IMG/VR virus record: IMGVR_UViG_3300045015_000053
DNA: 64,000 bases
Source of the DNA: a virus
Lineage: Duplodnaviria; Caudoviricetes
Strand: one strand, 5' to 3'
Shown: in pieces, positions 26,331 to 37,492 of the stretch
Layout of the letters: the number at the start of each line of letters is the position of its first letter
Numbering within the stretch: the first letter of the stretch is position 1
Notes under the pieces: generated by a model
Seen by the model: only the letters and a program-made list of their open reading frames with translations
Databases searched by the model: none
Told to the model about the DNA's origin: nothing
Translations under genes and position numbers: made by a program

Positions 26331-26408
26331 ATGGATATCTGGAAGGACATTCCTGGGTATGAAGGCTTCTACCAAGTGAGCAATACGGGGAACGTTAGGA
26401 ATGCGTAG
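26331..26408 (+). pseudogene. NUMOD4 (HNH-associated) N-terminal remnant
   Basis: MDIWKDIPGYEGFYQVSNTGNVR with SD GGAGA; runs into the tRNA 3' half and stops. Confidence 0.8.
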
Positions 26409-26555
26409 GTCGAGGGTTCGACTCCCTCCGGGGCCACTTGAAGACAATCTGCGGTCTAATGTTCGAGGCGATGATTGCAATGGTGTTGGTAACCATTGCA
26501 ATCATCGCCTCTTTTTTCTTGGGTATAATCTCACAGCCCACAACCGGAGGACAAA

Positions 26556-27281
26556 ATGGCAGCTTACGAAGAACAAGATGAAGAATTGCCGCTCGACGGC
26601 CCGGACTCTTACGAGGATTCCCCGCCGCGCCCAGATCTTACGCCCGAAGAAGCGTTGAAGATCTACGAGAAGATCCGCGCCCTCGGCGGCACAGAACTCA
26701 ACGAGAAGCTCGACGCCGCCATCAAAACCGACGCCGGTATGCGTCAGGGCATGTGGGGCGTTGCGGCTTCGTGGAACGGCACCGAGCTTCCCGAACACCT
26801 TTCCGAACAACTGACCTTTGAGTTCGGGGAGGGCTACCTCTACGCACGGAATCTCGTTTCGTTGCACGGCGAATGGATCGAACTGGGCGTGCTGACCGGC
26901 TATCTTCCCGACTCCATCATCCTCAAGGACTTCGATTTCTCGATGGAAGGCAAGGCGAAGGAAGTGGGCATCGATTTCGAGAAACTGTGTGACGACATCG
27001 CGGAATTGTTCGTCGGCATCGACAAGGATTGCGGCGGCAACAGATTGTTCGTGTTCCGTGACGGGCTGGAAGAGGGCCGCTGGTGTGACATCATGCGGGT
27101 GACGGGAGCCGGCAGCGTGTACGGCGACTGGGGACGGGGTCGCGGCTGGCGCGGTATTCCGGCCGAAGGTCTGGCCGGGGAGAACCTGAAAGAGATCCTC
27201 AACATCGAAGACCTCGATAACCCCGTCATTCAATTCACACCGCCAGACAACCCCGAAAACTCCAACTCAGGGAACGAGTAA
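26556..27281 (+). CDS. Acidic hypothetical protein
   Basis: TATAAT and SD GGAGG upstream. Confidence 0.7.
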   Translation: MAAYEEQDEELPLDGPDSYEDSPPRPDLTPEEALKIYEKIRALGGTELNEKLDAAIKTDAGMRQGMWGVAASWNGTELPEHLSEQLTFEFGEGYLYARNLVSLHGEWIELGVLTGYLPDSIILKDFDFSMEGKAKEVGIDFEKLCDDIAELFVGIDKDCGGNRLFVFRDGLEEGRWCDIMRVTGAGSVYGDWGRGRGWRGIPAEGLAGENLKEILNIEDLDNPVIQFTPPDNPENSNSGNE

Positions 27282-27688
27282 TGGCTCAAGGCCGAAGGGT
27301 TAGTCCGACAGGGTGTGCTATTGTCATCCTGTTCTGGCCGTTTTTGATCTGGTGGGCCTTGATCGACATGTCGATCAAGGCCGTCTGGGGTGACAAGCGA
27401 GTTGTCGCCCCGCCAACAAAGGCTCAAGTTCAAGACGTAGCCAAAGCCTATCGAGATGCTAAAAAGCTCATCGAGATAAGGCTGAAGGTGTTGAGGAGAG
27501 AAGATGGAAAGCGTGGTGATCAGGGACATCGTGGACTTCCTCAAGAAACACATGAAGCTGGAAGTCAAAAAGAAGACGTTTGACATGGTGTGTTACGAAG
27601 AAACGCTGGTTGTCAAAATCGGCGAAGAGGTTATTACCGAAGTGTGTTTGAGACAGGAGACATTGCCGGACTGGGGCTAAATAGCTGT

Positions 27689-27991
27689 ATGCCTCACACA
27701 TTCCTCGAATACGTCGGCCAGCGAACCGAGAGCTACTTGATTCACACGGCCCAGAAGATCAAGCACGGTCCCGATTACGGGTACTTGTACTGGAACGAAG
27801 AGAAGAAAAAGGTTCACTGGACTGCGGCAGACGGCGACGGGTTCGATCCGAGGGACGAACACCCGTTGACATCGCTGAAGGAAATCAAGAAGATGTTCGC
27901 CAGCATCCCCGGCGTCAAGGACGTGGAGATCGGCGACGAGTGGTCGCCGAAGGGCGACGGGTGGCAACGGATTGACTACAAGAGGAAGTGA
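27689..27991 (+). CDS. Hypothetical protein (leaderless, TAAATA promoter)
   Basis: TAAATA at 27678-27683; MPHTFLEYV. Confidence 0.6.
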   Translation: MPHTFLEYVGQRTESYLIHTAQKIKHGPDYGYLYWNEEKKKVHWTAADGDGFDPRDEHPLTSLKEIKKMFASIPGVKDVEIGDEWSPKGDGWQRIDYKRK

Positions 27992-29086
27992 TGAAAAACA
28001 CCGTTCGCGAAACCAAGTTGGAAGACTTGGTTCGCCTCGATGAAAAGATCCTCGCCAACATGCTCAAGGACGCGAACATGGACCTCAAGATGGATCGTGT
28101 CGCCGACAAGATCGAAGAGGGCGTCGTGATGACCGCTGAAATGGCTTCACTGGCGAAGATCGCCTGCTACGCGATGGCGGTCGAACTGCGGCTCAAGACT
28201 TTTTCTGCGCCTGCTCACGTTGTTTGACCCATTCGGCGAACGATTTCTTCTGTTCGCCGACCGTGACGGTTTCGCCGCCGGTGTCGAGCGCGAATTTGAT
28301 GCCCTTCTTCTTTTTCTTCTTGCAGTTTTCTGCGAGTGGTTTCTTATTCATGGAGGTATGTATGCTCCACTGGCCGATTAAAGCTCGCGAGAATACGGCC
28401 CATTACGGCGTCGGTGTCAACTCGGCGAGAACGCACGTTCTGGTGCAGTTGGGCGAGGACGTACACTACCCGGAAGACGACCACGTTCAGATCCGAGTTC
28501 CGTTGACGCGGGAGGAGGCTTTGAATATGATCGAGCTACTTCAAAGATCTATCGCGGGACTTTCCACCGAAGACCAACAGGACATGTCCCGCGTTCCTGG
28601 GTTCGACGGCTAAACGCAAAGGGGCAAAATGGGGGTCGATTTCTTTCTCTGCGACTATTGCAGTGACTCGATCTGTGACTGCGGGTCGTGGGAGCGGTGC
28701 AACGAGCATTGCGGTCGCCGCTGGTGCGACATGAAGTGCGCCGCAGCGGACGGCTATCGACAAGATGACGATTGGCCGGAAGACGGCAGTTGCAAGTATT
28801 GTCGAGACGAAGACGCGACGGACAGACAACTCCTGTACTTCCTCATGAGGTGGTATGGAACCAATTTGAAGAAGGCCAAGAAGCTGTACGTCGAACATGG
28901 CGGCGTCGTGCCGAAAGGGAAGAATGCCAAAAAAGCAAAGCCTCGATCACGAAAAGAAGTACATCCAGTTTCTGGAGAAGAGGCTGGCGAGTGCGAACTA
29001 CAAGGCGAACGTGACGCCGGAAGAGTACCAGAAAACGAAGGACAAACTGGCGAAGGCGCGGCTGAAGCTCAAACTACTGAGGTAAA

Positions 29087-29326
29087 GTGAACACGAACTT
29101 GAACGACGTAGTTCCCAGGCAGTTGTTCGTAAAGGGCGACTTCAAATCAGCGGCCGGCTTGACCTTACCCTGGAAGGTCGAGTGCGACTCCCTGAACGAA
29201 TGGGACTGGGACACTCTGGCGTTGATGGCTCTGCCGTTGCTGCCGCCCTTCGGCCGTGTCGAGGCGGTGATGAACGGGGGTTTGAATTTCGGCTCTTGTT
29301 TGATGCGGCACCGGACGCCCTCGTAA
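29087..29326 (+). pseudogene. Truncated phosphoribosyltransferase (PyrE-like) N-terminal half
   Basis: LF..GDF...G..LPWKVECD.L...DW.TLA...FGRVEAV..GG; the PRPP-binding DD loop is missing. Confidence 0.5.
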
Positions 29327-29715
29327 ACGGCCACAAAATAAGTTGTCCACAATGTGGCAGAAATCGTGCAGGCAACAAGCTATGGAGAGGCACAGGCAAT
29401 ATCAGCGGCAAGTTTTGGAGTAGCATCCGTTGGAGTGCGAAAGTTCGTAACTTGGTTTTTGCTATTGAGCCTCGATACGCTTGGGATCTTTTTGAGAAAC
29501 AAGATCGCAAATGCGTTTTGACTGGCGAGCCTATTGAGATCCATCGATACGGTGAAGTCACTGCTTCGTTAGATCGTATCCGTTCTGACGAAGGCTATGT
29601 TGCGGGAAATGTGCAATGGGTTCACAAACGTATCAACTGGATGAAAAGCGACATGTCAGAAAAGGATTTCATTGATTGGTGTAAGAAAGTGACCTTGAAA
29701 TCGGCAGGTTTGTAA
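29327..29715 (+). pseudogene. EndoVII/HNH-like endonuclease, 5'-truncated
   Basis: QDRKCVLTG, ASLDRIRS..GY..GNVQWVHK.IN.MK; no plausible start with RBS. Confidence 0.6.
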
Positions 29716-29764
29716 TCGAGATCAAGGGGTTCAACAAGTTCAGCTTCCGCAAGGACAAGTCCAC

Positions 29765-30286
29765 ATGATCGTCACGCTCGAAGACTTCGAGATGGACATC
29801 GCCAACTTCGTCGGCCACCGTCGCCAAGAGGAGGCCGAGAAGAAGGGACTGCCGGACAAACACGGCTTCGAGGGCGGCACCGCAGAGGGGACTCACATCC
29901 ACTGCTGCGGTGCCGTCGCCGAGTTTGCGGTGGGCAAAGCACTTGACATCCACTGGGGCGGCTCAGTCAACACGTTCAAACGCGGCGGCGACGTGGGCCA
30001 CTTCCAAGTCCGCTACCGCAGTCAAGAACATTACCAACTCATTGTCCGCGCCGACGACCGGGACGAAGACATCTTCATCTTGGTTCGCGGCACGCCCCCG
30101 ACGCTCGACGTGGTGGGCTGGCTCACGGGCAAAGACGCCAAGAACCCCGAATGGGTACGCAGGTACGGCGGCAGACCCCCGGCCTTCTTCGTGCCGGACG
30201 ACCAGTTGAAGCCGACCGTGGACCTTCTGAAACAGTACCTCAAAGACAAGTTCGCGAGAGTACGGGAATGCAAGTCGTCAACGTGA
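29765..30286 (+). CDS. Hypothetical phage protein
   Basis: Long ORF, genome-typical codons. Confidence 0.7.
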   Translation: MIVTLEDFEMDIANFVGHRRQEEAEKKGLPDKHGFEGGTAEGTHIHCCGAVAEFAVGKALDIHWGGSVNTFKRGGDVGHFQVRYRSQEHYQLIVRADDRDEDIFILVRGTPPTLDVVGWLTGKDAKNPEWVRRYGGRPPAFFVPDDQLKPTVDLLKQYLKDKFARVRECKSST

Positions 30287-30594
30287 GCGTGTACGGCGGC
30301 GTCGAGAAGGCCAAAAAGAAGGGCGTCATCTACTGCGGCCGTCCTTCGACCCTCGGCAACCCGTACCCACTGAAGAACGAGGCCGACCGCGCCGCAGTTC
30401 TCGAACAGTATCGCGAGTGGTTGCTGTTTATGGTGGCCGACAACGACGAGCCGGTGATGGACGCCCTTCGCGAATTGAACGAAGACAGCGTACTGGGCTG
30501 CTGGTGCAAGCCGCATCATGTGGCAACCGGGTTATGTCACTGCGAGATCATTATCGAGGTGTGGAAGGATCTGAAAGCTCGGTCTGTGATCTAG
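30268..30594 (+). CDS. DUF4326-family protein
   Basis: IYCGRPS.LGNPY, QYREWL, LGCWCKP...CH..II. Confidence 0.8.
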   Translation: MQVVNVSVYGGVEKAKKKGVIYCGRPSTLGNPYPLKNEADRAAVLEQYREWLLFMVADNDEPVMDALRELNEDSVLGCWCKPHHVATGLCHCEIIIEVWKDLKARSVI

Positions 30595-30601
30595 ATAAGG
30601 C

Positions 30602-31093
30602 ATGCGATTCAAAGAGTGGCTTCTTGCCGAAGACATCCAGATTTACGGCGGCGACGACGACAGCGAAGCCGCGAGCGGTGCCGCTTACGTTATGGACGAC
30701 GCCGGTCTGCGATGGACCCGTGACAAGAGTTTGTTGTTGGTTGCGGTGGACGGCAAGCGTGGGGAGGACTTCGACGGGAGCGACGTGGTCGGATGCGTCG
30801 TCTACAGTTGGGGTCCAGACCATGAGTCCGAGGACCGCGATCACTACGTTTTCGATTTCGACACAGCCGTAAGACGCGACTATCAGGCGAAACCCATGTT
30901 GCGTGTCGGCCCGCGATTGATTGACGCCGCAATTGCGTACTACCGCAGCTTGGCCTCCGAAGTTGACAGTTCCGAGATCAGAGTGTACGCCGTGAACCCG
31001 AACATCGTCAAGTTCTTGACCGGCCCGCGTTACGGGTTCAGGGTGGAAGAGGAACTTCAGGGAGGGAAGGCGATTTTGTCTTGGCGCAGATAG
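30602..31093 (+). CDS. GNAT-like protein with CTS-like N-terminus
   Basis: MRFKEWLLAE; VVGC...DTAVRRDYQ...G.RLI resembles GNAT motif A. Confidence 0.5.
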   Translation: MRFKEWLLAEDIQIYGGDDDSEAASGAAYVMDDAGLRWTRDKSLLLVAVDGKRGEDFDGSDVVGCVVYSWGPDHESEDRDHYVFDFDTAVRRDYQAKPMLRVGPRLIDAAIAYYRSLASEVDSSEIRVYAVNPNIVKFLTGPRYGFRVEEELQGGKAILSWRR

Positions 31094-31513
31094 ATAATGT
31101 CATGCGTGTCTTGCGAATTCTCTTCTTGGTTTTGATCCCCGCATGTTGCCTGACGCTGCCGATCCAGCGTCCAGTCCCGCCTAGTTCGACCACAGTAAAA
31201 CGATCTGCTCAGACCCCGTTCAAAGAGGTGACACGCCGGTGTGTCGTTTCCGGTCGGTTCGTGGGTTTCCACGACAGCTTCATCTACGTTGAAAGTCCCA
31301 AAGAGGGGCTGGTGCGGGTGAAGGTTTCGCCTAAGACGCGGATCTTGTTTCACAACTACACGACGCACGAGCGGCTGGAAGCGACCAGCGTCAAAGAGGT
31401 GATTTTGAAGTTGCCAGACGCGGTGACGATTGGCGTTAACGGGATGGCGGAAGACGTGATCTTTGCGGTTACTGAAGACTGAGGGGGCGTCAATTTGACG
31501 CCCCCCTTGTCGT

Positions 31514-31807
31514 TTACCATCCGAACCGCCCGAACTGGTACTGATACTGGAATCCGAACTGGTTGTATCGGAACCGGAACGTTTCGGAGAAACCGAACGC
31601 CACTGGCGGGTAGGGATACAGGAACGGCTGGACGTAGGGACGCGGCAGCACGACCGGCGGCGCGACGAACGGACGCCCGAACGGGTAGGCCGGGCCGGGG
31701 ACCAGAACGGGTTGTACAACGACCACCGGCGGGCGACGATTGGGTTGTGCCTGTGCGGTCGATGCGAACAGGCAGAGGGCGGCGGCGATAGCTAATAGTG
31801 TCTTCAT
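31514..31807 (-). CDS. Secreted Pro/aromatic-rich small protein
   Basis: Signal peptide MKTLLAIAAALCLFASTAQA; SD AAGGA. Confidence 0.6.
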   Translation of the reverse strand: MKTLLAIAAALCLFASTAQAQPNRRPPVVVVQPVLVPGPAYPFGRPFVAPPVVLPRPYVQPFLYPYPPVAFGFSETFRFRYNQFGFQYQYQFGRFGW

Positions 31808-31885
31808 TTCTTTTCCTTTGTTTGGGTCTTACAGGGCTAATGAAGTTTAGTGTGCAATTTGCGCGGAGTTGGCCTAAATAACCGC

Positions 31886-32131
31886 ATGAAGACTTTCTTG
31901 CAACTTCACGAAAACGCTCTCCGCTTCAACGAGTCGGTGATCGATGACGCTTGTGTCAAAAGCTTCAAGAAGAAGCTGGACGAGATCAAGAAGATGATCG
32001 CAGAGTGTCCCGATCCCAAAGCGAAGCAGACCATGCAGAGCTACTACTACTCCTTCTACGCTGGCGTGCGTAACGCGCTCATGCAGAGCAAATACGCGGA
32101 GGTGTGGCCGGAAGAAAACCCTACATGGTGA
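31886..32131 (+). CDS. Small protein with CTS-like N-terminus
   Basis: TAAATA 31875-31880; MKTFLQLHE. Confidence 0.6.
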   Translation: MKTFLQLHENALRFNESVIDDACVKSFKKKLDEIKKMIAECPDPKAKQTMQSYYYSFYAGVRNALMQSKYAEVWPEENPTW

Positions 32132-32186
32132 GCGGCATCTCTTCGTACCCACTCATGCCGCTGACCGCTTATAAGTCAGCGTACTG

Positions 32187-32969
32187 ATGGCTGATGTCGC
32201 TCGGCAGATCGCAACTCACTACAACATCCCGTCAAATCCGTCCCTCGGCGTAGTCATCGGGACGTTCGGGACGCCGGGGTTTGTGCATCTGCATCTGGAA
32301 GCAATGAAGCGTTACAACCCCGGTGTTCGGGTTCTGGTGTCGGACGACGCGAGTGGTCGCCCGGAGTTCGAGGGGTTGTGTCGTGAATACGGGGCCGAAT
32401 TCGTCACCAACCCTCGCCGTCTGGGACACATCCCCGGCGATCTTTCCGCCATGTACAACGGCCTGCGTTGGGCCAGATCTAACGGTTTCGACCTTCTGGT
32501 CAAGTTCTCTCGTCGTTGGCTCCCTCACAAAGAGTGGACCGACGATTTCAAAAACCTAGCAGTCAGAACTCAACACCACACTTTCAGCAGCAAGTGCAGT
32601 TGGAGCGGTTTTTCGTTCAGGAGCGAGTCGCTCGGCATGTCGGCCGTCGCTTGGCACCCGTTCGTTTACGAGCTTGAAAAAGTTGTCCAAGATGCTGCTT
32701 CACCCAACTGGGTCGAGTATTGGTTGCACGACCGGGCGATCAACATGCAGGCCAATTTTCCCGCCTACCAGTACGAATCGCCCGCCAAAGGCTATGTCGA
32801 ATGGGAGGCGATGTTCGGCAACCGAAGTCGCAAAGTGAACCCGCCCGGTGTTTTTTGGCACAACGCTACTCGTACAGAAGAGTACGTCGCGTTGGCGCGT
32901 TCGTGGGGTTTGCCGACCGATGACAATTACTTCACCTACCAACTGGAACAGGACAAACACGATGATTGA
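32187..32969 (+). CDS. Glycosyltransferase-like (GT-A) protein
   Basis: VVIGTF...VLVSDDAS...EFVTNP.RLGH..GD pattern. Confidence 0.55.
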   Translation: MADVARQIATHYNIPSNPSLGVVIGTFGTPGFVHLHLEAMKRYNPGVRVLVSDDASGRPEFEGLCREYGAEFVTNPRRLGHIPGDLSAMYNGLRWARSNGFDLLVKFSRRWLPHKEWTDDFKNLAVRTQHHTFSSKCSWSGFSFRSESLGMSAVAWHPFVYELEKVVQDAASPNWVEYWLHDRAINMQANFPAYQYESPAKGYVEWEAMFGNRSRKVNPPGVFWHNATRTEEYVALARSWGLPTDDNYFTYQLEQDKHDD

Positions 32970-33297
32970 GCAAGATCACTGGGCCGTGTTCGTCTTTTAT
33001 TCTTCACACACTGAGCAGGGTAAAGCCGGTTCGGTCACACAGGCACAGAACCAGCTTCACGGCCTTTTGGCCGAGTGCGATCCGGGGTACGCCACGGGAA
33101 TGATCGTCCAGATGAAAGAGGGGGACGGGTTTCCGCCGCACGCGGCTCCAGAAGATCGCAAGGGTTATTTCGCCCTGTCGGAAGACGGGTCGATGAGGAT
33201 GATTTCGCGGGAAGAGGTTTACAAGCTGGCGTTGTCGGCTTATAGTGTCAGGGCTGGTAAGTTACCCAACTGATTACTTTAACCCCCGCAGAAAGCC

Positions 33298-33651
33298 ATG
33301 AAAGAAAAGTTCCAGATGCTGGCCCGCGTCCTCACCGCGATGACCGACGGCAAGGCCACCGCGAAGGACAAGGCCAAGTTCCGCGAAGACCTGATCGCCA
33401 CGTCCGGCGACACCAACAAGGACGGCACCGCGAAGACCTACGCGGACTATGACGCGGACGAACGCGGCGAGATCGATGAGGTGGTGGACGCCCTGTTCGG
33501 CCTCGGCGACGTGATCGACACCGTCTACGAAGCCCGCGCCCGGCTGACTTTCAAGTTCTTCACCGCGCTCAAGAAGGCCGGCTTCGATGAGAAGTCCGCT
33601 CTGCTCATCACCGCGCACCAGCAGAACGTCACGATGACCGACAGCAACTGA
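33298..33651 (+). CDS. Hypothetical protein
   Basis: Strong genome-typical codon bias. Confidence 0.65.
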   Translation: MKEKFQMLARVLTAMTDGKATAKDKAKFREDLIATSGDTNKDGTAKTYADYDADERGEIDEVVDALFGLGDVIDTVYEARARLTFKFFTALKKAGFDEKSALLITAHQQNVTMTDSN

Positions 33652-34624
33652 TCGGGACGCGACGGCCATGAAGTTCTCACTCATCTCCTGCGGCAAGCCG
33701 ACCACGCCGGTTCCCGGCGTGGACGGTCAATACATCGCGTACTGCCCCCGTTGCGACGACAGCGAACTCTTCGCAACGCGGGGCGGTTTCACCGGCGTCG
33801 AACACTGCTACGGCTGCGGCTTGGAAAAGGAAGTACGCGGCCTCAAGCAACGCGACATCGACGGCCTGATTCTTTCTTCTTGGAGCCACTGGCAGAGATG
33901 GCCCCTCTTGCCTTATAATTGGCACGAGAAGACCGAGGAAGAGAAGATGAAGATTCTCTTCCCCAAGAGGGCCAAGACATGATAAGCCGTCTTACGGCGA
34001 TGATTATCGCCTCTCGCGACGACATCCACTGCACCAGTGCCGGTCCCGTCGATGGTAAGTACCTCGGCTGGATCACACTCGGTGCAGATGATCGTTTTCG
34101 GCCGCTGTTGAACACCGAGCCGCATTACGCCTCGGCACAGGAAGCGGTCGCCGCGATGGAGGCCATCGTCAAAGAGATCCGCGACAAAGAGTCGAAACCC
34201 AAGTGCGAAGAATGCGGCGGGAGCGGTTACGGGATCTACGGACAGCCCGGCGACACGCCCTGCGCCGCGTGCAACTCGTGAGGCGAACGTGGGCAACACC
34301 AAGAAGCTCGAAGCGATCACAATGAGTCCGGCCGTCATCGAGGCCATCAACGAAGAACTCGCATACCAAGCGACCCTACCCGGCAGTGGTCGCGCTGATG
34401 CGAACGATCACGGCGTGGCGGGCCAACTCGTCACCCTTCAGGTCTACACGGCCGAAGCGATGGTGGCGTGGACGAAAACGGCCGGGGACGAAAAGGCTCT
34501 GGGCGCACTGAGGAAAGTGGCGGCGATTGCGATTCGCGCTCTCGAACAACACGGATGCCCGCGACGAAATCAGTAATCTTGGTCTATACTGACGCCTCGT
34601 CGGTTACTCCAAGAGGAACGGGAA

Positions 34625-35173
34625 ATGAACGCTTTCTTAGACTGGGTTCTGCCGATGAACTGCAACTGGTTCATCCTGTGGTGCATTCTGGCGGTGGTCG
34701 CGACGATCCTCGCTTGGTGCTGGACCGCGAGCGACAACACGACTTCTGAGTTGGTCAACGGGGTGCGTGTCGAACACTACCACGGCGTCTACGCCTTCTC
34801 GAAGGGTGTCTTCTCGCTGGCGGTGACGGTGATCGCCCTGAGCGTGTTCGTCTGGCTGATCTACTCCGCGAGCCGCGACCTCGAAGTCGAACACGAGGAG
34901 AGGATCGAGATCAAGCCGGTGAAGTACCCGGACGGCAAGGTCGTCCAGATGTTCACCTGCAACGACAAGAACTACAACTGCAACTCGCTCTACTCGTGTT
35001 CGCCGCCGGAAGGCAGTTACATTCGGCGTGTGGTTTACAAGAAGGTGTACGTCGGCGTATACTGGCCTGCGAACCGGGTCAACCGCCGGTCGAGCAACGA
35101 CGACGCCTTCTTCCTTGTGACGCCCAATGGGGTAGACAAGAAGGCCGATAAAATGGAACCAGCCACTAACTAA
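34625..35173 (+). CDS. Membrane protein
   Basis: Two TM segments; TATACT upstream. Confidence 0.65.
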   Translation: MNAFLDWVLPMNCNWFILWCILAVVATILAWCWTASDNTTSELVNGVRVEHYHGVYAFSKGVFSLAVTVIALSVFVWLIYSASRDLEVEHEERIEIKPVKYPDGKVVQMFTCNDKNYNCNSLYSCSPPEGSYIRRVVYKKVYVGVYWPANRVNRRSSNDDAFFLVTPNGVDKKADKMEPATN

Positions 35174-35288
35174 GCAGAAGAACCTCGAACCGCCAGCAAA
35201 CGGGAGAACCGCCGCCATGCTCGTCCTCTGAGTGATTTCTGAAACATCACAATCACTTAGAGGGGCGTGCGCACGCACGTCAGCGGTC

Positions 35289-35675
35289 ATGGCACAATCA
35301 TTCACGATGCGGTTCGCGTTCTTTTTTCCAGAACGTAGCAAAGGTATTTTCTGGAGCGGCCCGTATCAGGTTTACGCGAAGACGGTCAACGAGGCGAAGG
35401 ACATCCTGACGGACGCGGTTCTGAAAGAGACGCGGCGCGAAGACGGCCCGCTCTACCAGATCAGCCTCCTCGAATGCGAGAACCGGCTGAACCCCGGCCG
35501 CAACGAAGAACACTACTGTTGCATCAACATCGGCATCGCCGAAGAGATCCACAAGCGTGCGGTGTTCCGCGAGCAGTTCGAGTGGAAGAAATACCTCGAA
35601 AAGAGGTTCCCGAAGGGCGTACCCAAGATCAGGAGCTTGGACGCCGAATGGGACTGGGGCGATGGAGATCTGTGA
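35289..35675 (+). CDS. Hypothetical protein with RxLDxEW tail
   Basis: Ends PKIRSLDAEWDWGDGDL. Confidence 0.6.
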   Translation: MAQSFTMRFAFFFPERSKGIFWSGPYQVYAKTVNEAKDILTDAVLKETRREDGPLYQISLLECENRLNPGRNEEHYCCINIGIAEEIHKRAVFREQFEWKKYLEKRFPKGVPKIRSLDAEWDWGDGDL

Positions 35676-36415
35676 TGTCGCTTTACAGAACGTATACTGG
35701 CGCGGCGAACGAAGAACAGGCACTGCAAAGGACTTTCGCTCGGCGAGCCTACGCGATTTGGCTCGCCGAGGGCAAACCGCTTGGCAAGGAAGAAGAACAC
35801 ATGCGGCGAGCCAAAGAGGAATACGCGGAAGCTCAGGAAGCGATCCGGCTCAGAGAACTCGAAGAATCGAAAAAACGGAGATAGTCATGTTGTAGGTTAA
35901 CGATTGTCGCGAGGTGGTTTTCCACTTCAACAAGGCCAGCATCCAAGACCCCACGGTTCCGCCGTGGGTCGTCAAGGCGAAGGGCCAGACGTATTACGTC
36001 ATGCACGTTACCGCGTCGGCCCCGTGGTCTACGAAGGAAACCCCCGACAACGCCCACACGAAGGGCAGCATCAAGTTCAAGAACGTGGACGTGGTCATTG
36101 ACGACGAGAACTGCGCCGAGATCACCCCTGCGAAAGATTCGTCATGAAAGCCTTCAAATACGTCTTGTTGGTCTTGTTTGTCTTGTCCGTCTTCACAGGG
36201 ATGATTTTGGTTGTGCGGCAAGACAGCGTGAGACGATGGGACGCATACTACGAGAGACGAAATCAAGCAGTTCAACAGGCTTACGACGAAGGTCGGGCCG
36301 CTGCTTCGCAGGGCATTCCTGTGCAAGCATGCCCATACGGGACCAACAAAGCACACTCTGCCGAAGGCTGGAAACGCGGATGGATTGATGCTACTCAGTC
36401 GAAAGGTAAATAGTC

Positions 36416-36868
36416 ATGGGCGTCCATCGTAAAAGGCCAAGTGGCGAGCCGCGTCGGGCGTACTATCCGTCCGGCCCGTGGATCGACGGCATCAAGCCGC
36501 CGGGGTACGACGACCACCGGCCGGGCGTGGCGATTCCCGAACCGCCACCCCCGCCTTTGGGCAACCCCGACCCTGACAACTACCAGATCGTGAAGGCCGA
36601 AGAACACGGCAAGTGGTTGATCCTTCAGATGAAATACCCGGACTGCACGAATTTTGAAGGGCAGAAGATCCTCGTCTTCAAAGACACGACGTTGATCGAG
36701 TTGGTCAACCAGAAGTTGATCGACCCGCACTTCTTCAACGACAAGAAGTTCAAGTCCCCGGTCGCGCGGTTCGTGCCGACTGACGAAGGGTGGGCAATGG
36801 CTCAGATCTTCGTGAACGCGATGATCGCCAAAGCTGACAGCAAGGTTTCAGGAGCGACCAAGCGATGA
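36416..36868 (+). CDS. Hypothetical phage protein
   Basis: YPDCTNFEG.KILV...DPHF...SPVARF.P. Confidence 0.65.
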   Translation: MGVHRKRPSGEPRRAYYPSGPWIDGIKPPGYDDHRPGVAIPEPPPPPLGNPDPDNYQIVKAEEHGKWLILQMKYPDCTNFEGQKILVFKDTTLIELVNQKLIDPHFFNDKKFKSPVARFVPTDEGWAMAQIFVNAMIAKADSKVSGATKR

Positions 36869-37296
36869 CCCGCAAGGAACTTCAAGACATCGCCACGTCG
36901 TTACTGATGCGGCGAAACTTCATCGAGACTGGTACGGTCACGATGTCGGCGAACGACGCCGTGGCAGCGAAGAAACACAATCTGATCAAGGCTCTGGAGC
37001 CTCAGCAGAAAGAAACGATCCGGCGGCTGGAAAGTCTTCATGCAAAATTCCAGCGTGCGGCCTTTGAAAAGCCGGACGACGAAGATACAATGCCTTGATG
37101 ATCACCATCAATGCTGTTGTTAATGACGGACCAGTCCGACTCAGTGAACCGCAGTCCGTCGAAGTTTATGTGGGGGCAATGGAGTCTTACGAGGTTTTCC
37201 ATCTGGGCGGCGTGCGTTGGAAATTCCCGACCGGGATGGTCGAAGACCTTTTGACGGAATTCAAAAAGAAACGCGCCGAAGAGGATACATAATAGT

Positions 37297-37414
37297 TGAC
37301 TGGCTTAGGTGCCTAAGACAACTCGTGCCGCCTTCGGGCGACTCTGCGGTTCTGGTGGTTTCGACTACCGCTCACGCGGAACGGCATTATACGATTGTCA
37401 CCATCGAGCCGTCA
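37297..37414 (+). ncRNA. Multibranch structured RNA upstream of tRNA-Gly
   Basis: Closing TGAC-TGGCT/AGCC-GTCA; hairpins CTTAGG/CCTAAG and CGCC-TTCG-GGCG; T-loop-like TTCGACT. Confidence 0.45.
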
Positions 37415-37417
37415 CTT

Positions 37418-37488
37418 GCGACCATGATGTAGCGGTAGCCTAGAACTTTGCCAAAGTTCATGTCCGGGTTCGACTCCCGGTGGTCGCT
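37418..37488 (+). tRNA. tRNA-Gly(GCC)
   Basis: Acceptor GCGACCA/TGGTCGC, arm GAACT-TTGCCAA-AGTTC, U73. Confidence 0.9.
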
Positions 37489-37492
37489 CTCA

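Larger units (their letters stand above)
25740..26436 (+). pseudogene. tRNA gene split in the anticodon loop by a 627-bp insert
   Basis: 5' half GGTCCCGTAGCTCAGTTGGTAGAGCAGCGCACT (25740-25772); 3' half AATGCGTAGGTCGAGGGTTCGACTCCCTCCGGGGCCA (26400-26436); the halves pair in acceptor and anticodon stems. Confidence 0.85.

Noticed and set aside
25773-26399. Group I intron in the split tRNA
   Set aside because: No recognisable P7/catalytic core, and the non-coding parts are short and AT-rich.
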